Shown here: positions 58,508-64,000 of the stretch, one piece after another
Position numbering within the stretch: the stretch's first letter is position 1
How the letters are laid out: every line of letters starts with the position of its first letter
Virus record (IMG/VR): IMGVR_UViG_3300043177_000122
Span: 96,001-160,000 of that record
Length of the DNA: 64,000 bases
Source: a virus
Taxonomy: Duplodnaviria; Caudoviricetes
Reading direction: 5' to 3' (one strand)
Translations under genes and position numbers: made by a program
The notes under the pieces: model-generated
The model's input: the letters and a program-made list of their open reading frames with translations, nothing else
Databases searched by the model: none
What the model was told of the DNA's origin: nothing

Positions 58508-59098
58508 ATGCCCAAACAAGATCATGATCATGGTGCGCCATTTCAAGCCCCCTTGCTTAGGGGTTATGCTGATAGCTATCTCAAGATGTCAAAAAATCGA
58601 GCTATCTTTTTTGCAGAAGATGTGAATGATAAAGTTGCTGCAGAATTATCTGCTCTGTTACTTTACTACGATAACATTGATCAGGAAGAGCCTATTCATT
58701 TGTATATTCATTCTAATGGTGGTGCTGTTAGTGGCCTTAGTAATATTTATGATGTTATGCAAATGATTCACGCCCCAGTTAAAACAATTCTGTTGGGTAA
58801 ATGTTATTCTGCAGGAGCTGTTTTATTAGCTGCTGGCACTAAGGGGGAACGTTATGCTCTTAGAAGCTCTAACGTTATGATCCATGGTATACAATTTGTA
58901 TTTCCTCTTCCTGGCGATGACATTACAACATCTAAGAATTATTTGGAATTCATAGAAGAAAACAATGATCTTTTGATGAAAATTCTAGCTAAGCATACCG
59001 GTCAGCCGCTTGAAAAGATTAAGGCAGATTGTTCTAGAGAATATTGGATGGACGCTAAGTCTGCCAAAGAATATGGCATTATCGATCATATATTGTAA
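58508..59098 (+). CDS. clpP: ClpP protease subunit (catalytic Ser/His present)
   Basis: IHSNGG, CYSAGA, MIHG, SRE at the Asp position. Confidence 0.85.
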   Translation: MPKQDHDHGAPFQAPLLRGYADSYLKMSKNRAIFFAEDVNDKVAAELSALLLYYDNIDQEEPIHLYIHSNGGAVSGLSNIYDVMQMIHAPVKTILLGKCYSAGAVLLAAGTKGERYALRSSNVMIHGIQFVFPLPGDDITTSKNYLEFIEENNDLLMKILAKHTGQPLEKIKADCSREYWMDAKSAKEYGIIDHIL

Positions 59099-59099
59099 G

Positions 59100-59543
59100 A
59101 TGAGTAGCATCATTTTTGATTTAGTATATTCTGATTATGACTGGCAGGAGCATCATTTTATACAAGCTCCCGAAGGTACTACATTAGAAGATTTTCAAAA
59201 TCTTTGTGACCACCTTATGCCAAAGGCTGGTTATAAGGCAACTCTTAAAAGATCATCACCTAAAGTTGGAGGATGGATTTGTTGGAGTGATGTTGTGGAG
59301 TCGTTGGTATCCTTGTTAGAAAAACAAGGATACCAACGAATTATTCTTGGTTCTTATGTGGTTAATGGTGGTGTTATTGTTAGACCAGAGGAGTCTAAGA
59401 ATAAAGATAAATTAGGTTTTTCTTATCAAGCTATTGCCTCTTATAATGGTAAATTAGAAAGAAAATTAGCAGAAGAGCGAAAAGCTAAGAAACTATTGCG
59501 AATTGGTGTTTTAAAGAAAAAGATGGTTCAAATCATCAAATAA
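59100..59543 (+). CDS. Hypothetical protein
   Basis: ATG 59100. Confidence 0.6.
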   Translation: MSSIIFDLVYSDYDWQEHHFIQAPEGTTLEDFQNLCDHLMPKAGYKATLKRSSPKVGGWICWSDVVESLVSLLEKQGYQRIILGSYVVNGGVIVRPEESKNKDKLGFSYQAIASYNGKLERKLAEERKAKKLLRIGVLKKKMVQIIK

Positions 59544-59560
59544 ATACGTATATCTCACCA

Positions 59561-59692
59561 TGTGCTCATTTAAAGTCCAATTGTGTGCCTTGCTATAAAG
59601 TTTGTAATATAATGAAGAAGAACTTTAGCATGGAGTATTTTACCACTCATATCAAGCGAATACTAGATAATCTGAGCGGGATACTAAAATAA
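59561..59692 (+). pseudogene. C-terminal remnant of an HNH endonuclease
   Basis: SNCVPCYKVCNIMK...E.F..HIKRI with no start codon. Confidence 0.55.
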
Positions 59693-59704
59693 ACACATAT
59701 TGTT

Positions 59705-61102
59705 ATGGAAAAGACTGCTAGAAAACCATCTATGGATCCAGCCCAGGAGCGATTAAGACAGAATAAGGCTATTTGGAACAAAGAAGTATCGACTTTTATC
59801 AATGATTTGATTCACTTCAAGAAAACGATGAATGGTTGGCCTTCTAAGTTTTTCAAAGAGCGCTCTCGTATTACTCAGCCTATTCCGGCTGATCCGGCTA
59901 CTATTATTGGTTCCTTGGCTGGCGATTTTCAAGAGATTGTTCAGAAAGGCAATAGTCTTATTCAAGAGCAAATTAATTATACTAAGAACCGTCGCCAAAA
60001 ACAACCGAAACAACTCAATCTTCCATTACCGGAGCCAACTCAAAAAGCACCAGAACCACCACAACCTCCAACTCCTGATTTGTCAAAACAGCTTTCTTTA
60101 GGGTTGAACGCCTCAGAAGAGCACATTGAGTTGTTTAAAGTAGCTTCCGACATGGAATCTAAATATCTTTTAGAGTCACAAGCTTCTAATCCAGTTACTC
60201 GTTTCATTGCCAGGTTATTCAATCCAAAATTTGGTTTTGGTGAAGCTGCTCGTATGCGACGTTTACGTATGACAATGTTAGATAGTTGTGCTAAAACTTA
60301 TAAAACGCTTAAAATATTACAGGCCACGATAGTTAAGTCATCAGATGATAGTATTGAACAGTCTCATAAAATGATGACAATGGCTTGGAATAACTGGAAT
60401 ATAGTTTATCGACTTGTAACTGCGTTCAAAGGATTAAAACCTAATGACGTTAAAGAGTCTGGCGGTCTAATTGAAGATCCTGAATTGGCTAGAGAAAGAG
60501 AAGCTGAACAAGGATATGAAGAGATTGGCAATAAGCTGCAGCCTGCTAGTGAGCCAACTCATGGAGTTCCAACATCTGATCTGGTAAAAGATTTTCAGTC
60601 TGCTGTCAATTACCTAGGTGCAGTCGTACAAAATCAAGAGTTCCAAAATCTTAATTCTTTTGTGGAACAACTTAAAGCGGCTCCTAATGATAAAAAAGTT
60701 GGCCTATTAGCTAAGTCTTTCATAGCATCAGACTATGCACAAGCTTTGGCGTCTACCAATCAAGAACTTGGAACTATGGGAAGTTCTTTCCAAGATATTA
60801 TGCAACAGCATAAAAGTAAACCAAAGAAAGAAGCGCAGGAATTTCGTGGTTGGCTTGGTAAAATTAGGCATCAACTAATTCCGGGCGGCACCTCTGGTTC
60901 AAGACTAGAAATCTATAATACTATTGATCAAACAAAGAAAGACGTAGATGCGTTAATGAATTTGCTTGAAAAGGGATATGATCGAAATAGTATTGAGAAG
61001 CAGGTTGTTCAAATTCATCGCCAGATGTCTTCGCTTCGTACTATGATTAGGTCTTTGTTTTATTCTATTAAGCCCGAGAAAGCTTCTTCACCGTTTTTCT
61101 GA
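59705..61102 (+). CDS. Large hypothetical helical protein (possibly virion-associated)
   Basis: 465 aa, Pro-rich linker, internal similarity of TRFIARL/GWLGKIRH segments. Confidence 0.7.
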   Translation: MEKTARKPSMDPAQERLRQNKAIWNKEVSTFINDLIHFKKTMNGWPSKFFKERSRITQPIPADPATIIGSLAGDFQEIVQKGNSLIQEQINYTKNRRQKQPKQLNLPLPEPTQKAPEPPQPPTPDLSKQLSLGLNASEEHIELFKVASDMESKYLLESQASNPVTRFIARLFNPKFGFGEAARMRRLRMTMLDSCAKTYKTLKILQATIVKSSDDSIEQSHKMMTMAWNNWNIVYRLVTAFKGLKPNDVKESGGLIEDPELAREREAEQGYEEIGNKLQPASEPTHGVPTSDLVKDFQSAVNYLGAVVQNQEFQNLNSFVEQLKAAPNDKKVGLLAKSFIASDYAQALASTNQELGTMGSSFQDIMQQHKSKPKKEAQEFRGWLGKIRHQLIPGGTSGSRLEIYNTIDQTKKDVDALMNLLEKGYDRNSIEKQVVQIHRQMSSLRTMIRSLFYSIKPEKASSPFF

Positions 61103-61108
61103 GGTCAA

Positions 61109-61513
61109 ATGGAACAAGGATATATTTATCTACATGAAAGTATCTTTCCTTCATTGCTTGCCATCTCATCAGATGAACAACAACGCGGGCTGATGCATCA
61201 AGAGTGGCCCCCTCCAGTCATGACCTTTGTGTATGGAGCCCCACGAACTAATCGATTTTGGATGAAGAATACTCCTAGTCCTTTAGATATTGTGTTCTGT
61301 CATAATGGGAAAGTATCGGAGATTTGCTTTGGTGAACCAAATTCTACTGAGGTTATAGGTTCGAAAGTTAGCGATCTTGTCATTGAGTTACCATATGGAA
61401 CAGTGGATTCAATTGGTTTGAAGATTGGTCAATCAGCGGGACTCGTTCTCCCTACACCAGATGACCTACGCAAAATTTTTGCTACAAAATACGGATTATT
61501 TGTAAAATTCTGA
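61109..61513 (+). CDS. DUF192 family protein
   Basis: QQRGLM...M.F...FWMKNT..PLDIVF. Confidence 0.85.
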   Translation: MEQGYIYLHESIFPSLLAISSDEQQRGLMHQEWPPPVMTFVYGAPRTNRFWMKNTPSPLDIVFCHNGKVSEICFGEPNSTEVIGSKVSDLVIELPYGTVDSIGLKIGQSAGLVLPTPDDLRKIFATKYGLFVKF

Positions 61514-61559
61514 TACCCCTTGCCTTATCAATTTGTATGATTATATTGATGGGGACGAC

Positions 61560-62543
61560 ATGGATACTATACAGCAATTCAACCAGATTTTAAACAACTT
61601 TAACATCAAAGCTACTTGTCTCAGTGTGAATCAGGTCGATAACTATGTTTATTATGATCTGAAGCTGCATCCACGAGCTAAGGTTAAAGAGATTCAGAAA
61701 TACAGTGATGAAATTTCTTTGGCACTCAAGAAAGGTAAACCAAGCGTAAAGGTACTTCATGAACAAGGTGTTGTACGAGTAGAGTTTGCTTCTCCACGAG
61801 AAACTCCTTTGAAGTTGTTTGATTTGTTCACCAATGACAATATTCCCAATGGTGGTCTTGTTTGTTTACTAGGCCAAACAGTTGATGGTAATAAAGTATG
61901 GGTTGATTTATTAGATAACCCTCATTGTTTAGTTGCTGGCACTACGGGTTCTGGTAAAAGTACATTACTACATAATGTTATTGCTAACGTATTTAATTAT
62001 AATGATGCTGATTTATACCTAATTGATCCAAAACGTATTGAGTTTACTCGATATGAAGGGATTCGCGGCACTCAGGTATACAATACATATGATGATACGG
62101 TAGAGTTTTTGTCTAATATGATTGAAATAATGGAAGATAGGTATACTAAACTACGAGCTGGGTGGGATGTTTCTGCTTTGAAACCAGTCTTAATTATTAT
62201 TGATGAGTTTGCTGATTTGGTTATGCAAGACAAAGGAGATCTATTTTTTGATAAACTATGTCGTCTTGCCCAGAAGTGTCGAGCCGCACGGATTTCTATT
62301 ATGATTGCCACGCAGCGCCCCTCTGTTGATGTTATCAATGGAGCGATTAAAGCTAACTTTCCGGCCCGTATTGCCTGTAAAGTTGCAAGTCATGTTGATT
62401 CTAAAGTTATTTTAGATGCAGTGGGTGCAGAAAATTTACTTGGAAAAGGCGATGCGCTGTTACGCGACAATAATCACAACATGGAGCGTTTCCAGGTGGC
62501 ATATACAGATGCAACTGAAATTTGTGAGATTTTCGGAGTCTAA
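61560..62543 (+). CDS. ftsK: FtsK/SpoIIIE motor-domain protein (no TM or gamma domain)
   Basis: PHCLVAGTTGSGKS, IDPK, IIDEFADL, ATQRPS, KANFPARIA. Confidence 0.85.
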   Translation: MDTIQQFNQILNNFNIKATCLSVNQVDNYVYYDLKLHPRAKVKEIQKYSDEISLALKKGKPSVKVLHEQGVVRVEFASPRETPLKLFDLFTNDNIPNGGLVCLLGQTVDGNKVWVDLLDNPHCLVAGTTGSGKSTLLHNVIANVFNYNDADLYLIDPKRIEFTRYEGIRGTQVYNTYDDTVEFLSNMIEIMEDRYTKLRAGWDVSALKPVLIIIDEFADLVMQDKGDLFFDKLCRLAQKCRAARISIMIATQRPSVDVINGAIKANFPARIACKVASHVDSKVILDAVGAENLLGKGDALLRDNNHNMERFQVAYTDATEICEIFGV

Positions 62544-63880
62544 TGGAAGCTGCTGTGAATACATTAAATTTGATGGATGTTGATTTTCTAGTAGAGAATT
62601 TCCTCAAAGAACGCGAACAAGGAATTGCTACCCTACATCGAATCTATTTCAAGAATGGCAATTCTTTATCATTACGTGCCTTAGTTGAGAGTTTAAAAGA
62701 TGAGTTGCGTACTGGCTGTGTTACATTCATTAACAATGCATCTCCTGTAGATGAGATTAATGATTATCTTTTCTATATTGTAAATGCTTTTTGCAAAAAA
62801 CAAGCGCTCCCGAGTTTTAAACATAAAGCTGAGTATATTTGTCCCGGTTGTGTTTTCTTGGGCAAAGAATATGGCGTGTTGAACTTTAACAAAGTTCTGT
62901 ATTGTGATGAGTGCGAAGAAGAACTAAAAAATACTACTGATCCTAAAATGGTTTATTTCTTTAAAACTTTTTATCGTCATAACAAAAATGGATATCGATG
63001 TCCTGATTGTGAAAGATTTATTCCGCACCCAATAGATAATTCATATACAGTTTCGTGTCCATATTTTGATTGTTTGTTTGTAGGTGCCGTAGGTGATCTA
63101 AACAAAATGCATCATCCTACTTCAAAGTCTAATCCTGAGAAATTAATTCTTGATGCTTCTCACGATGGTTTATCTTTAAAAGACAATATTCAATCTCAAG
63201 ATGTAGATGTACAAACTCAATTAGAGTTTGCTGAGGATATGCAAGATAAGATTAAGTCCATCAGGGAAATCATAGAGACACAAAGTAATAATGCAGCGTA
63301 TAGTAGTTCTAGTGCTACCGTGAAGCATAAACAGTGTGTTTATCAGGCATTTTCTAATTTATTAGAACGTCACCCTGAAGAAATGGTTGCATATATTCTT
63401 CATAGCACAAATAGTCATATGGGCTTTCAACATAAGATATTTCAAGAGTATGTTTCATTATTGGAAGCATCTTTACCTTTTGTAATTTTCAAAAATAGAC
63501 AACCGGTAAAGATTGACAACATTATGGACGCTAATCTAGGTATATTTGATGAAATCTCCATTTTTGATGGTATTGTTAATGATAAACTAGTTATCAAAAA
63601 TGAGACTAAAGATTTCTATATTGGTGGTAGAAAAAGCACTTATGCTAAACCTTATTATATTGGTAAACTATTAAACATAATAGAGAGGGGCTCTAAAAAG
63701 ACTTTGCTGTCTAATGTTAAAGAGTATACTTTCTCTAAAATTTATATGCAAGACATTAGACCCGGTACGTTAGTTACGGTTACACATCTTCGAGTGCCGC
63801 CCCATTATCAAATGGGCGGGATGACTTATGTTAATAGAATTAGAAAGAAGATTGTTGAAAGGGCTAGGAGTATCATATGA
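62543..63880 (+). CDS. Multi-Zn-ribbon hypothetical protein with a sigma-like linker
   Basis: CPGC, CDEC, CPDC, CPYFDC; LDASHDGLSLKDNI segment. Confidence 0.65.
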   Translation: MEAAVNTLNLMDVDFLVENFLKEREQGIATLHRIYFKNGNSLSLRALVESLKDELRTGCVTFINNASPVDEINDYLFYIVNAFCKKQALPSFKHKAEYICPGCVFLGKEYGVLNFNKVLYCDECEEELKNTTDPKMVYFFKTFYRHNKNGYRCPDCERFIPHPIDNSYTVSCPYFDCLFVGAVGDLNKMHHPTSKSNPEKLILDASHDGLSLKDNIQSQDVDVQTQLEFAEDMQDKIKSIREIIETQSNNAAYSSSSATVKHKQCVYQAFSNLLERHPEEMVAYILHSTNSHMGFQHKIFQEYVSLLEASLPFVIFKNRQPVKIDNIMDANLGIFDEISIFDGIVNDKLVIKNETKDFYIGGRKSTYAKPYYIGKLLNIIERGSKKTLLSNVKEYTFSKIYMQDIRPGTLVTVTHLRVPPHYQMGGMTYVNRIRKKIVERARSII

Positions 63881-64000
63881 GAATGCAATCTTTTAAACTT
63901 CTATCTAAATCGGAAGTTATCAAAATTAACATTTCAGAGTCTTTTATGGCCCGCGCCCGCTGTAAAGAATGTGGTAAAGGGCCAGATTATTACTATGGCA
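63877..64000 (+). CDS. Hypothetical protein, 3'-truncated by window edge
   Basis: MRMQSFK...CKECGK. Confidence 0.55.
   Translation, partial: MRMQSFKLLSKSEVIKINISESFMARARCKECGKGPDYYYG

Overview
AT-rich, densely coding 64-kb segment that looks like part of a huge (jumbo) bacteriophage genome. Support: rIIA/rIIB, a T4-like PNK and RNA ligase, MoxR/VWA, many free-standing HNH/LAGLIDADG endonucleases, tRNA clusters, a tmRNA, and scattered host-like auxiliary genes with no ribosomal-protein or rRNA operons. Layout: 1-29 kb is a plus-strand accessory region (TyrRS, two MoxR ATPases, rIIA/B, PurA, two IscA, nucleotidyltransferases, thioredoxin, Tad2-like protein, two polynucleotide kinases, RNA ligase, Hsp20, phosphoesterase, macro domain). 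29.1-40.7 kb is an inverted 12-gene nucleotide-sugar/acyl-carrier/glycosyltransferase island. 40.7-52 kb holds IscU and a translation-rescue block (Thg1-like protein, four tRNA-Thr, tmRNA, HD protein, Pth2-like hydrolase, two CUA-anticodon tRNAs, IF3, tRNA-Arg). 52-64 kb holds RmlA/RmlD-like, Dps-like, HU-like, DksA, a ClpR/ClpP pair, DUF192 and FtsK. Best candidate for an undescribed system: the adjacent HD and Pth2-like genes each carry an in-frame amber codon in the same TCTA-TAG context at codon 5 and codon 4, about 1.1 kb upstream of two amber-suppressor tRNAs with their own extended -10 promoter. Other genes read normally in code 11 and almost never end in TAG, so this looks like a suppressor-tRNA-gated switch rather than genome recoding. 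Caveat: many single-base indels at homopolymers suggest an error-prone assembly, so single-nucleotide claims need read-level confirmation. Family assignments come from motif recognition by eye, not database searches.
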